DNA of 36,698 nucleotides from Candidatus Woesebacteria bacterium (GTDB lineage Bacteria; Patescibacteriota; Microgenomatia; UBA8517). Positions 1-9,822 of this stretch are shown piece after piece. The translations under genes and the position numbers were made by a program. Within the stretch, counting starts at the first letter, position 1. Each line of letters starts with the position of its first letter. The stretch covers positions 1 to 36,698 of the forward strand of contig JACOZU010000003.1 in the NCBI GenBank assembly GCA_016181165.1, in the 5' to 3' direction. Below the pieces are notes generated by a model. The model was not told the DNA's origin. It worked only from the letters and a program-made list of their open reading frames with translations, and searched no databases.

Positions 1-25
1 AAAAAAATGTTAAAATAAAATCCAT

Positions 26-205
26 ATGAAAGTTCTGGTTACTGGCGGGGCAGGTTTTATCGGGTCTCGTGTTCAGAGGTTACTCCTTGACCAAAAACAT
101 CAAGTAACAGTTATTGATGATCTATCAAAAGGATATAAAAATCTTGTAGAACTTATTACCAAAGCCCATCTTGATGGTTTTTATTTTAAGTTTGACTATT
201 TTTGA
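26..205 (+). pseudogene. N-terminal remnant (59 codons) of an NAD-dependent epimerase/dehydratase (GalE-like); only the first Rossmann beta-alpha-beta survives
   Basis: ATG at 26. Translation [42 protein letters not shown]... is the canonical SDR/GalE N-terminus ([10 protein letters not shown] glycine loop, acidic end of beta2 VIDDL). The frame stops at TGA 203-205, whereas family members are roughly 300-330 aa. It falls below the 60-aa ORF-track cutoff. Confidence 0.55.
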
Positions 206-220
206 GTAGTATGATATAAT
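192..220 (+). promoter_or_regulatory. Near-consensus sigma70-type promoter: TTGACT, 17-nt spacer, TGaTATAAT (extended -10)
   Basis: TTGACT at 192-197, a 17-nt spacer, TG at 212-213 and TATAAT at 215-220. ATG at 225 follows 4 nt later. The promoter lies inside the 3' end of the GalE remnant. Confidence 0.4.
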
Positions 221-224
221 GTAA

Positions 225-578
225 ATGCCCAAAAAATTCCGAAAGAAGGCGGACAAAGTGGCGGAACATTTCAAAGAAATTTTTTCTAACTGTAAAGGCG
301 TAATCAGACAATGCCGATGCTTCTTCGACCAATATAAAAAAACTGTCTATAGTCTCTGCCAAAATTGCCTTAGCAGAGGCGTACAACCAAAGCCTCATAT
401 GAATATAACCAAAGTTATAGACTTAACAGCCGATTATAATGTGCGACGAGTAACCATGCCTTCGAGTCTGATTGCAAATGCTTTTAAGTTTGAAGAGTTA
501 CCGGGGCTAATTACTCCCGAAGGGAAACACCTTAAGGTCTCGGAGCAAGAAACTAAAACTCCCAAGGTGAAACTCTAG
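225..578 (+). CDS. Hypothetical protein (117 aa), doubtful; the region could instead be a long 5' leader of htpX or a ncRNA
   Basis: It is the only long ORF covering 399-578 and starts 4 nt after a strong promoter with no Shine-Dalgarno. The product is Lys/Cys-rich with no recognisable motif. It overlaps an equally plausible antisense ORF at 186-398. Confidence 0.2.
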   Translation: MPKKFRKKADKVAEHFKEIFSNCKGVIRQCRCFFDQYKKTVYSLCQNCLSRGVQPKPHMNITKVIDLTADYNVRRVTMPSSLIANAFKFEELPGLITPEGKHLKVSEQETKTPKVKL

Positions 579-599
579 AGATGGGAATAACACATCGGA

Positions 600-1547
600 A
601 TGATTAACGTCTACGAGGCCCAAGCGGCCAACAAAAGAAAAAGTGCCGTAATCATTGCACTCTTTATTCTCTTTGTGACGGTGTCCGTCTACTTCATTTC
701 TCAGGCCATGGGAGTTTACTTTGGATATGAGCCTGGAGGCTTGGGCGTTGCCGGCCTTGCTTTTATCATCTCGGGCCTAATTACCTTTGTAAGTTATTAC
801 GCAAGCGACAAAATAGTTCTCTCCATTTCAGGAGCTAGGCCGGCGGACAGGAAAAAGGATTTTAACTTTTATACAGTTACTGAAAACTTAAGTATTGCGG
901 CGGGACTTCCCAAGCCCAAACTTTATGTTATTGAAGACTCCGCTCCCAACGCCTTTGCGACCGGCAGGGACCCAGAACATGCCGTCGTCTGCGTGACCTC
1001 CGGTCTACTTCAAAAACTAAACAGGACGGAACTTGAAGGAGTGATTGCTCACGAACTCTCCCATATCAAAAATTTCGACACGCGACTGATGTCGATAGTA
1101 GCCGTTCTGGTAGGAATGGTTGCACTTTTGGCCGATATTTTCCTGAGAACGAGTTTTCGTGGCGGAAGAAGCGGCAGAAGAGAAAGTGAGGCAGCAGCAA
1201 TATTTCTTGTCTTGGGCCTAGTCTTTGCCATTCTTTCCCCAATAATTGCCCGACTCATTCAGCTGGCGGTTTCAAGAAGACGCGAGTTTTTTGCCGATTC
1301 CTCTTCGGTGGCGATGACCCGACAACCCAGCGGGTTAATTTCAGCCTTAAAAAAGATTGCCGCCGACCATGAACCTCTGGAAGCGGCCAATAAAGCCACG
1401 GCCCATCTTTACATTGTCAATCCTTTTAAAAGTGACACGGGCGGCGTTAGCCCTGAGCAACGTCGAAGGGTTGACTGGTTTGCCAATCTATTTAATACCC
1501 ATCCTCCTCTCTCGGAGAGAATTGCGGCCCTCACTAAGATGGTTTAA
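600..1547 (+). CDS. htpX: Membrane zinc metalloprotease HtpX (peptidase family M48)
   Basis: Two N-terminal TM helices, the HExxH motif HELSHIKNFD, two further TM helices, and the conserved downstream EFFADS... and C-terminal THPPLSERI motif typical of HtpX/M48. Confidence 0.9.
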   Translation: MINVYEAQAANKRKSAVIIALFILFVTVSVYFISQAMGVYFGYEPGGLGVAGLAFIISGLITFVSYYASDKIVLSISGARPADRKKDFNFYTVTENLSIAAGLPKPKLYVIEDSAPNAFATGRDPEHAVVCVTSGLLQKLNRTELEGVIAHELSHIKNFDTRLMSIVAVLVGMVALLADIFLRTSFRGGRSGRRESEAAAIFLVLGLVFAILSPIIARLIQLAVSRRREFFADSSSVAMTRQPSGLISALKKIAADHEPLEAANKATAHLYIVNPFKSDTGGVSPEQRRRVDWFANLFNTHPPLSERIAALTKMV

Positions 1548-1556
1548 GATAAGCTC

Positions 1557-1868
1557 ATGAGCAAGCTTACAAAAAAAGACGTAGAACACGTAGCGGGCCT
1601 GGCTAAATTACCTCTTTCCGACAAAGAAATAGAGACATACGTTAGGCAACTAGATGAAGTCGTTAACTATATTGGAGAGCTTAATGAAGTTGATACCAAA
1701 AATACCGAGCCGACGAGTCAAACGACCGGACTGGAAAACGTTACCCGAGCCGATGAATTGAGACCCCGACAATCTCTGACTGACGAAAGTGCTCTGTCAG
1801 GAACCGAAGCAGTCCACAACGGTTATTTCAAAGTTGAAGCAATATTGACCGAAAGGGGCGACAAATGA
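1557..1868 (+). CDS. gatC: Asp/Glu-tRNA(Asn/Gln) amidotransferase subunit C
   Basis: 103 aa. VEHVAGLAKLPLSDKEIETYVRQLDEVVNYIGELNEVDT is the typical GatC signature. The stop overlaps the gatA start (ATGA at 1865). Confidence 0.9.
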   Translation: MSKLTKKDVEHVAGLAKLPLSDKEIETYVRQLDEVVNYIGELNEVDTKNTEPTSQTTGLENVTRADELRPRQSLTDESALSGTEAVHNGYFKVEAILTERGDK

Positions 1869-3268
1869 ACTTGCCGTTGACGATAAAAGAAACACAGGCG
1901 GGGCTAATGGGGAAAAAGTTCAAGGCGGCCGAGATAGTGAGAGAGTACTTAGAAAGAATTAAAAAACACGACCAGGGAATCAACGCCTTTTTGACGATTT
2001 CGGAAGAGCAGGCTTTTGAGGCGGCGGCTAAGGTCGATCGATTACTTGAAAATTCAGGAAAGGATGCTTTTAGCCAATATCCTTTATTGGGTGTTAGCCT
2101 TGCTCTCAAAGATCTTTTCTTGACTAAAGGAATAAGAACTACGGCCGGTTCAAAAGTTTTGGAATCGTACGTTCCTGCTTACTCGGCCACCGTGGTGACG
2201 AAACTGGAAAAAGCCGGTACTATTTTAATTGGAAAAACCAATTGTGACGCTTGGGCCCACGGAGCCTCCGGCGAAAATTCAGACTTCCGCCCGACAAAAA
2301 ATCCTTGGCAGCCCGAATTTGTTCCGGGTGGCTCCTCAAGCGGTTCGGCCGCGGCCATCGCCGCCAATTTTTCTCTCATCGCAACAGGAACAGACACGGG
2401 GGGATCGATCAGGCAACCGGCGAATTTTTGCGGGGTGGTGGGACTTAAGCCCACCTACGGAGCCGTATCCCGCTACGGAATAATTGCCATGGCTTCATCT
2501 CTTGATTCGGTGGGTCATTTTGCCAGAACCGTTAACGACGCAAGACGCGTTTTTGAGGTTACCAAAGGAGAAGACGGACTCGACTCCACAGTTAAGAATG
2601 CTAGCCCTCAAAAGCCGAAGAGTTCCAAGTTAAGAATAGGGATTCCCAGGGAATATTTTGCCCAAGGACTTGATAAAGAAGTAGAAAAATCGGTTTTTAC
2701 CGCCGCCCATGTTTTAGAAAAAGAAGGGGTTGAACTTGTCGAAGTTAGTCTTCCACACACCAAATACGCAATCTCAGTTTATTACATAGTCCAGCCAGCA
2801 GAAGTTTCTTCAAACCTGGGTCGATACGACGGAATTAGATACGGCAACGGCAGAAATTCTTTCGGGGCCGAGGCAAAAAGAAGAATCATGCTGGGAAGCT
2901 ACGTTCTTTCCTCAGGCTATTACGATGCCTATTATCTCAAGGCGATGAAAGTTCGTTCGAAAATCATTCAAGATTTTGAACAAGCATTCGATAATGTCGA
3001 TGCCATTTTGGCCCCCGTTTCTCCAACGCCGCCTTTTGCCTTGGGAGAAAAAGCTGATAACCCCCTTCAGATGTATCTGGCCGACATTTTAACCGTGGCC
3101 GGAAACTTAGCCGGGATTCCTGGGCTAGCCATTCCCAGCGGTTTTACGAAAAAAGGTCTACCTCTGGGATTTCAGCTTTTAGGGCCTAGGTTTTCGGAAG
3201 AGACACTTTTTTCTCTGGGAGAACGTTATCAGCAATCTACCGATTATCAGCCGAAAGTCGCCATTTAA
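1865..3268 (+). CDS. gatA: Glu-tRNA(Gln) amidotransferase subunit A (amidase signature family)
   Basis: 467 aa. Amidase signature GGSSSGSAAAIA...GTDTGGSIRQPA, the LKDLF...TTAGS motif, and synteny with gatC. Confidence 0.95.
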   Translation: MNLPLTIKETQAGLMGKKFKAAEIVREYLERIKKHDQGINAFLTISEEQAFEAAAKVDRLLENSGKDAFSQYPLLGVSLALKDLFLTKGIRTTAGSKVLESYVPAYSATVVTKLEKAGTILIGKTNCDAWAHGASGENSDFRPTKNPWQPEFVPGGSSSGSAAAIAANFSLIATGTDTGGSIRQPANFCGVVGLKPTYGAVSRYGIIAMASSLDSVGHFARTVNDARRVFEVTKGEDGLDSTVKNASPQKPKSSKLRIGIPREYFAQGLDKEVEKSVFTAAHVLEKEGVELVEVSLPHTKYAISVYYIVQPAEVSSNLGRYDGIRYGNGRNSFGAEAKRRIMLGSYVLSSGYYDAYYLKAMKVRSKIIQDFEQAFDNVDAILAPVSPTPPFALGEKADNPLQMYLADILTVAGNLAGIPGLAIPSGFTKKGLPLGFQLLGPRFSEETLFSLGERYQQSTDYQPKVAI

Positions 3269-3276
3269 TTTTAGCC

Positions 3277-4548
3277 ATGGTTGATATTTTTAAACCTATT
3301 CTAAAAAATTCAAAGTTTGTACATCTTTGGGTATCGCAGTTATTCTCGCAGCTTGCCATAAACATCATGAATTTCCTTTTACTGGTCAGAATTTTTACAA
3401 TAACAGGCTCGACGATTGCCGCCTCCTTACTTTGGGTTTCCTACGCCTTGCCGGCAATATTAATCGGGCCGATAGCGGCCGCTTCTGTCGATATGGTTGC
3501 CAGAAGAAAGATGTTGATGATAACCAACTTTTTACAATCTTTGGTGATATTGCTGTATGCCCTGGCCCACACCGAGCGCTTTTTCCTTCTTTTCGGGGTT
3601 GCCTTCGCCTATTCTTTTCTTAACCAGTTTTATGTTCCCGCCGAGCAGGCTTCCCTACCGGGTATTGTCCCCAAACGTCTTCTGCCTCAAGCCAACAGCC
3701 TTTTTTTTCTTACGCAGCAGTCGGCCCTGATCGCGGGTTTCGGGGTGGCCGGCGTTTTAAATAAATTTTTAGGATTCGAATATTCTCTTTATCTAGTGAG
3801 CCTCTTCCTTTTACTGGCTTTTATCAGCGTCAGTTTCTTACCTGAACTGGCAACCCGAGAAAGATTGCCGGAGAGTTTTGAAAAAGGGATTATTAAGTTC
3901 TTTTCAAGAATAGTCGAGGGTTATAAGTTTATTAAAGAAAATAAAAACATCCTTGCCCCGTTTCTTCTTCTCATGGCGATGCAGATTGCGGCGGCCGTTG
4001 TCGTTGTCAACGTGCCGGTCCTGGCGGTAAATATCTTCAAAATAAGTATCAACTCGGGGGGGCTCCTGATCGTCGTCCCGGCAGGACTCGGAGCCATAAT
4101 CGGCTCGACCTTAGTCTCGAAACTTCTTAAGGGGGGGCTAAGAAAGAAAAGGGTTATTGAGACCTCGCTGTTTTTGATTTCTCTGGCGATACTATTTCTT
4201 GTCTTTATTACCCCCGAAGTTTCCGGCTGGGTCAGAATTTTCATTGGGGCATTGATAGTTATGGTGATGGGGGCTTCCTTTGTCGGAGTGATGATACCTT
4301 CCCAGACTTTTTTGCAGGAGGCTACCCCCGGAGGGATGAGGGGGAGAGTTTTCGGAAACTACTGGTTCCTGGTTACCCTGGCAACGATATTCCCGGTTAT
4401 TTTCTCCGCCACCCTAACCGAGCTTTTCGGTATCCAGTTTCTTTTCGTAATACTGGCCGGACTTGCCCTTAGTGGTTTCATCGTTTCCAAAAAATATGGC
4501 CAAAAGTTCATAGAAAGTGAATTTTCGCTAAACCATGAAGAAGAGTAA
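3277..4548 (+). CDS. MFS-type transporter (about 12 TM)
   Basis: 423 aa and highly hydrophobic, with about 12 predicted TM segments and the MFS loop 2-3 motif-like DMVARRKML. It overlaps the gatB start by 14 nt. Confidence 0.8.
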   Translation: MVDIFKPILKNSKFVHLWVSQLFSQLAINIMNFLLLVRIFTITGSTIAASLLWVSYALPAILIGPIAAASVDMVARRKMLMITNFLQSLVILLYALAHTERFFLLFGVAFAYSFLNQFYVPAEQASLPGIVPKRLLPQANSLFFLTQQSALIAGFGVAGVLNKFLGFEYSLYLVSLFLLLAFISVSFLPELATRERLPESFEKGIIKFFSRIVEGYKFIKENKNILAPFLLLMAMQIAAAVVVVNVPVLAVNIFKISINSGGLLIVVPAGLGAIIGSTLVSKLLKGGLRKKRVIETSLFLISLAILFLVFITPEVSGWVRIFIGALIVMVMGASFVGVMIPSQTFLQEATPGGMRGRVFGNYWFLVTLATIFPVIFSATLTELFGIQFLFVILAGLALSGFIVSKKYGQKFIESEFSLNHEEE

Positions 4549-5881
4549 CCAGCTTCGCAAGAATAACCAGCTACGCTATAAAAATTTCACCGCCGTCATT
4601 GGCCTAGAGGTTCATATTGAGCTTTCCACCAAGAGCAAAATGTTCTGTGGTTGCTCGGCTGACCATTTCGGCAGGCTCCCCAATACCCAAGTTTGTCCTG
4701 TTTGTTTGGGCCTTCCCGGGGCCCTCCCTTATGTCAATAAGGAAGCCCTCTTATCAACCCTAAAACTGGGCCTTGCCTTTGGCGCCCAAGTCAACAATTT
4801 TTCCAAGTTTGACAGGAAACACTACTTTTATCCCGACCTACCCAAAGGCTATCAAATTAGCCAGTATGATATTCCGCTCTCCCAAGGGGGGAAAATTGGA
4901 GAAATTAGAATTAGAAGGATTCACCTTGAAGAAGATACGGCCAAACTCGTCCACCAAACGCTTGACGGCAAAAAAGTTTCCTTAATTGACTTTAATCGAA
5001 GCGGCGTACCCCTGGTCGAACTGGTCACCGAGCCCGATTTTAACGACCCAAAGGACGTTGTCGGGTTTGTTAAAGAAGTTCAGTTAATCGCCAGGTATTT
5101 GGGAATTTCTTCTGCCGACATGGAGAAAGGCAGTATGCGCCTTGAAGCTAATGTTTCGGTTGCCAAAGACGCTAAAGTTCCCGACTACAAAGTCGAGCTC
5201 AAGAACATCAATTCTTTTAAGTTTTTAGAGAAAGCGATCGTTTTGGAAATTGCTAGACAAATAAAACTGATTACCTCGGGGGAGGCGGTGGTTCAAGAAA
5301 CAAGAGGCTACGATGAGGCCAAAGGGACCACTTTTTCCCAAAGAACAAAGGAAGAGGCCCAAGACTACCGTTATTTCCCCGAGCCGGACATTCCTCCTTT
5401 GAGATTTTCAGACGAGCTCGTTAAAGAAATTAGCCGGTCCCTGCCTGAGCTTCCAGACCAAGTCAGAAAACACCTAATAAGTGAGTACGGGGTAAGAGCC
5501 GATTATTCGGAGATTATCCTCGCCGATAGAAAAAGAGTCGAATTCTTTGAAAAGGCCGCGGGGCTGGGAAGAGAAGAAAATATCTCGCCAACGCTCATTG
5601 CCGAACTGATGGTTAATAAAAACATGGACAAAGATTTTCCGGAAGCGACGGGCTTAATTAAAAGAATTCTTGAACTGACCCGGAGGCAATACGCTAAAGC
5701 CAACGCTGTCGAAAAGGCGGTCAAAAAGGTGGTCAGAGAGAATCAGAAACCGGTTAACGACTATGGCCAAGGCAAGGTAGCCGTCTTAGGGTTTTTGATC
5801 GGCTTGGTTCAAAAGGAACTCAAAGGAAAGGGAGATTCCAAGATGATTAAAGACTTACTTGTTGTAGAATTAGAGAAATGA
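4535..5881 (+). CDS. gatB: Asp/Glu-tRNA(Asn/Gln) amidotransferase subunit B
   Basis: 448 aa with GLEVHIELSTKSKMFCGC, KFDRKHYFYPDLPKGYQISQ, HLEEDTAK and DYRYFPEPD, all hallmark GatB/GatE motifs. Confidence 0.95.
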   Translation: MKKSNQLRKNNQLRYKNFTAVIGLEVHIELSTKSKMFCGCSADHFGRLPNTQVCPVCLGLPGALPYVNKEALLSTLKLGLAFGAQVNNFSKFDRKHYFYPDLPKGYQISQYDIPLSQGGKIGEIRIRRIHLEEDTAKLVHQTLDGKKVSLIDFNRSGVPLVELVTEPDFNDPKDVVGFVKEVQLIARYLGISSADMEKGSMRLEANVSVAKDAKVPDYKVELKNINSFKFLEKAIVLEIARQIKLITSGEAVVQETRGYDEAKGTTFSQRTKEEAQDYRYFPEPDIPPLRFSDELVKEISRSLPELPDQVRKHLISEYGVRADYSEIILADRKRVEFFEKAAGLGREENISPTLIAELMVNKNMDKDFPEATGLIKRILELTRRQYAKANAVEKAVKKVVRENQKPVNDYGQGKVAVLGFLIGLVQKELKGKGDSKMIKDLLVVELEK

Positions 5882-8800
5882 AGGTTGCCAAGTTTGTCCA
5901 CCTGCATGTTCACACCGAATATTCGCTTCTCGACGGTCTTTCAAAAATAAGCAAGCTTTTCACGCACGTTAAGGAAAGCGGGATGGACTCTCTCGCAATT
6001 ACCGATCACGGGACAATGTATGGAGTCGTGGAATTTTACAAAAAAGCCCTTAAGGAAGGTATTAAGCCAATTATAGGCATGGAGGGCTATACCACCAATA
6101 TTAATCATCGGGAACGCCCCGAGAGAGGTAAATTCCAAAACTTTCACTTGCTTCTTCTGGCTAAAGACAAAGAGGGCTATCAAAATTTAATGAAGATAAC
6201 CTCCATTGCCCATCTGGAGGGCTATTATTACAGGCCTAGGGTAGACCGGGAAACACTAGCCAAATATTCAAAAGGGTTAATTTGCACTTCAGCCTGCGCG
6301 CAAGGAGAAGTTGCCCAAGCTCTAATTTCCGGTAATTTTGAAGAGGCCAAGAAAGCGGCGGAGTGGTTTCAGGACATTTTTGGCAAAGATTATTACTTGG
6401 AAGTCCAAAGACACGACTACGGGAAATTTATTGCTGATGTCGAAAATGCCCAGATTAGAAGCGAGCTTGCTAAAATGGCCGAGAATGAGAAAGCCATTTT
6501 TCTTGGGGTTAAAAAGCTAAGCCGGGAGCTGGGGATTCCCATCGTTGCCACCAACGATGCCCACTACGTCAAGGCCGAGGAGGCTACTGCCCAAGATTCT
6601 CTTGTTTGTATCGCCACCGCCAAAAACGTCAGCGACGTCACCCGCCTTCGTTTTATCGATTCTCCGACTTATTACCTTAAAACTCCCAAAGAAATGGCGG
6701 AGCTCTTTTCCGACCTTCCGGAAGCTTTAGAAAATAGCGTCAAAATTGCCGGAAAGTGCGACGTCTCCATCTCTTTAGATAAATGGTTTTTTCCGAAGTA
6801 CGAGCTTACAGAAGGCAAAACTCCGGAAGCTGAATTGACGCTAAGAGCCCGAGAGGGGCTAAAAGAAAAATTGGGAAAACCGACCAAGGAAGCGATTGAA
6901 AGACTCGACTATGAACTAGATACCATCAAGAAAAAGGGCTATTCGACCTACTTTTTAATAGTTTCCGACGTTGCGCGCTGGGCCGCGGAGAAAGGAATTA
7001 TAACCAATACCAGAGGCTCTACCGCAGGCTCCCTCGTCGCATTTGCTTTGGGCATCGTCAGTATTAACCCCTTAACCTACGAGCTTCCTTTTGAAAGATT
7101 TTTAACTCCATGGCGACCGTCCCCTCCCGATATCGACTTTGATATAGCTGATGATAGGCGCGAGGAAGTGATTAATTATATTGGAGAAAAATACGGGCAC
7201 GATAAAGTCGCTCAAATTTGTACATTCGGAAGGATGCTAGCAAGAGCAGCCGTTAGGGATATTGCCAGGGTTTTAGGCTATCCCTATTCAGCGGGTGATA
7301 GGATTGCGAAGCTAATTCCCTTGGGTTCTCAGGGCTTTCCCATGAGTATTGAAAAAGCGCTGGTGGTTTCCCCGGACCTTAAGAACCTTTATGACGGGGA
7401 CAACGACGCCAAAAAAATTATAGAGCTTGCCAAGCAAGTTGAAGGAAATGCCAGGCACATTTCTGTTCATGCCGCGGGGCTGGTTATAGCCCCCACCGAA
7501 ATTACCGATTTTACCCCTGTCCAGCTCGATCCGGAGGGTCAAAAAGTAATTACCCAATATGACATGGATGCACTCGACCCCAATGTTTCTCCTGGTGAAG
7601 CAATCGGGCTTCTCAAGTTTGATTTATTGGGCCTAAGGAACCTTTCGATTCTGGGGGCATCAATTGAGATTGTCAAAGAAACCAGGGGTGTGGATATAAA
7701 CCTGCGAACAATGCCAGTGGACGATAAAAAGACATTCGAGATGCTTTCTCGAGGAGACACAATGGGAGTTTTCCAGCTATCTGGCAGCGGCATGACCAGA
7801 TACTTAAAAGAACTTAAACCGACAAGAGTTGAGGATTTAATGGCGATGGTGGCTCTCTACCGTCCGGGACCGATGGCCCAGATTCCCGCCTACATTGAAA
7901 GAAAGAATAACCCCAAAAAAATCTCTTTTTTTGACCCAAGAATGAAGGACTACCTGGAAAAATCCTACGGACTGATGGTTTATCAGGACGACGTTTTTAC
8001 CACCGCGATAAATATAGCCGGCTACACCTGGGAAGAGGCAGATAAGTTTAGGAAAGCGGTCGCAAAGAAAATACCGGCCGAAATGGAAAAGCAGAAGCAG
8101 AAGTTTCTCGACGGAGCCCAAGGGAAAGGGATGAAAAAAGATAAAGCTGACGAACTCTTTAGACTAATCGAGCCTTTTTCTGGGTACGGCTTTAATAAAG
8201 CTCATGCGGCCTCTTACGGAATGGTTGCTTATCAAACCGCCTATATGAAAGCCCATTATCCAGTGGAATTTATGGCAGCCCTTCTAACCGCAGAATCCAA
8301 CGACGCCGAGAAAATTTCGGCTGCAGTTAATGGCTGTAGGAGAATCGGGGTTAAAGTTCTTCCTCCGGATATTAACGAAAGCGAAATAGGCTTTAAAATT
8401 GTACCCGACAAAGATTCTATGGATAGCCGTGCCATCAGGTTCGGCCTCTCGGCCATTAAAAATGTCGGTAATGCCGCCATAGAGGCAGTTCTTGAGGCCA
8501 GAAAAAACGGCAAGTTCACTTCATTTGCCGACTTTTTGGCTAGAGTTGACGCCAGGCGTGTCAATAAAAGGGTTTTGGAAAGCCTGATTAAAGTGGGCGC
8601 TCTTTCTTCATTCGGAGGAAGGGCAGCTCTTCTTTACTCGATAGACGAGATCAGAAATAGGGTGGCCAGACCAAAGGGTTCCGCCGGCCAACAGGACCTT
8701 TTCGGCGAAAGCGACATCGTTAAATCAAAGAAATCCGCCTCCGCCCTCATTAGGGCCGACGTCTCAGAGTTTTCGCAGGATGAACTTCAGACGCTGGAAA

Positions 8801-9375
8801 GGCAACTACTCGGCTTTTCTTTATCGGCAAAACCCCTGGGAGAGCTTATAAGTCCTTTTTCCCATGAGGCCACCCATAAGATTTTTGAAATCTCTCCCCA
8901 CGAAAGTCTGGGTGAAAATGTTAGAATAGCCTGTGTGGTGACCCAAATCAGGATTGTGGTGACAAAAACTTCCGGAGCCGAAATGGCCTTCGTTAGAGTG
9001 GAGGATGATACGGGCAGTCTTGAGCTCGTCGTTTTCCCTAGAATCTTTAAAGAAACAAGAAGCTATTGGGTTGACTTTAAACCCCTGCTTATTTCAGGAA
9101 GGGTCGACTCCCGAGAGGAAACGCCGACCCTGATAGTTGAGGCAATAAAGACACAGGATCAAGTCGAGGAAGGCAAAAAAGACGTATATATAAAAATTCC
9201 AGCCAAAGTAGGATCGGAAGAATTAAGAAAATTAAAGTCACTTCTTCTGGCTAATCCCGGAGACATGTCCGTTACTTTGGTTTTTCAAGGAAATGCCAAA
9301 AAAGTAAGCCCCTCATTTAAAATTGCCTGGACCGAGGAGTTGGCCAAAAGTATCGCCGATATCCTTGAAGGCTAG
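5878..9375 (+). CDS. dnaE: DNA polymerase III alpha subunit
   Basis: 1165 aa. N-terminal PHP domain FVHLHVHTEYSLLDG, palm/fingers motifs (PDIDFD, GLLKFDLLGLRNL, FNKAHAASY) and a C-terminal OB fold. ATGA overlap with the gatB stop. Confidence 0.95.
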   Translation: MKVAKFVHLHVHTEYSLLDGLSKISKLFTHVKESGMDSLAITDHGTMYGVVEFYKKALKEGIKPIIGMEGYTTNINHRERPERGKFQNFHLLLLAKDKEGYQNLMKITSIAHLEGYYYRPRVDRETLAKYSKGLICTSACAQGEVAQALISGNFEEAKKAAEWFQDIFGKDYYLEVQRHDYGKFIADVENAQIRSELAKMAENEKAIFLGVKKLSRELGIPIVATNDAHYVKAEEATAQDSLVCIATAKNVSDVTRLRFIDSPTYYLKTPKEMAELFSDLPEALENSVKIAGKCDVSISLDKWFFPKYELTEGKTPEAELTLRAREGLKEKLGKPTKEAIERLDYELDTIKKKGYSTYFLIVSDVARWAAEKGIITNTRGSTAGSLVAFALGIVSINPLTYELPFERFLTPWRPSPPDIDFDIADDRREEVINYIGEKYGHDKVAQICTFGRMLARAAVRDIARVLGYPYSAGDRIAKLIPLGSQGFPMSIEKALVVSPDLKNLYDGDNDAKKIIELAKQVEGNARHISVHAAGLVIAPTEITDFTPVQLDPEGQKVITQYDMDALDPNVSPGEAIGLLKFDLLGLRNLSILGASIEIVKETRGVDINLRTMPVDDKKTFEMLSRGDTMGVFQLSGSGMTRYLKELKPTRVEDLMAMVALYRPGPMAQIPAYIERKNNPKKISFFDPRMKDYLEKSYGLMVYQDDVFTTAINIAGYTWEEADKFRKAVAKKIPAEMEKQKQKFLDGAQGKGMKKDKADELFRLIEPFSGYGFNKAHAASYGMVAYQTAYMKAHYPVEFMAALLTAESNDAEKISAAVNGCRRIGVKVLPPDINESEIGFKIVPDKDSMDSRAIRFGLSAIKNVGNAAIEAVLEARKNGKFTSFADFLARVDARRVNKRVLESLIKVGALSSFGGRAALLYSIDEIRNRVARPKGSAGQQDLFGESDIVKSKKSASALIRADVSEFSQDELQTLERQLLGFSLSAKPLGELISPFSHEATHKIFEISPHESLGENVRIACVVTQIRIVVTKTSGAEMAFVRVEDDTGSLELVVFPRIFKETRSYWVDFKPLLISGRVDSREETPTLIVEAIKTQDQVEEGKKDVYIKIPAKVGSEELRKLKSLLLANPGDMSVTLVFQGNAKKVSPSFKIAWTEELAKSIADILEG

Positions 9376-9403
9376 AGCCTAGCTAGTGTACAATAGCCCC
9401 AGC

Positions 9404-9811
9404 ATGTCTTTAAGAATCTTACATAATGAAACGGAATTTGGGGTCGGAGATAGAATTCGATTACACCAAAAAGTCAAAGACGGAGAAAAGGAAAGAACCC
9501 AGATATTTGAAGGAATGGTTATTGCCATCAAGAACCGTAAAGAAGGCAGAACGGTAACCTTAAGAAGAATAGGGGCTGGGAATATTGGAATTGAGAGAAT
9601 TTTCCCTACGGAGTCTCCGTTTCTGGAAAAAATCGAGGTTGTCAAGAAAGGAACATCGGGAGTTAGGCACGCCAAACTTTATTATACGCGTGAGAAAAGT
9701 CCCAGGGAGGTAGATGAAATTTTCGCCAGGGCGGCTTCTCGCGAAGAGGTCCAAAAGGAAGTAAAAAAGCCCTCAAGGAAAAGGGTCAAGTATGCCCGTA
9801 AAAAAAGATAA
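9404..9811 (+). CDS. rplS: 50S ribosomal protein L19 with a Lys-rich C-terminal tail
   Basis: GDRIRLHQKVKDGEKERTQIFEGMVIAIKNR...TVTLRRI..GIERIFP..SP...IEVVKKG..GVRHAKLYY matches the L19 core. ATG 9404 is preferred over the in-frame GTG at 9386 used by the ORF track. Confidence 0.9.
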   Translation: MSLRILHNETEFGVGDRIRLHQKVKDGEKERTQIFEGMVIAIKNRKEGRTVTLRRIGAGNIGIERIFPTESPFLEKIEVVKKGTSGVRHAKLYYTREKSPREVDEIFARAASREEVQKEVKKPSRKRVKYARKKR

Positions 9812-9822
9812 TCTTCGCTAAT

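Noticed and set aside
186-398. 70-aa minus-strand ORF with a helical-looking product, antisense to the 225-578 ORF
   Set aside because: It overlaps the GalE remnant stop region and the strong plus-strand promoter. It has no SD and no recognisable motif, including no Rx4-6H HEPN motif on inspection. It cannot be distinguished from chance in AT-rich DNA, so it is kept only as an alternative in the finding on 1-599.
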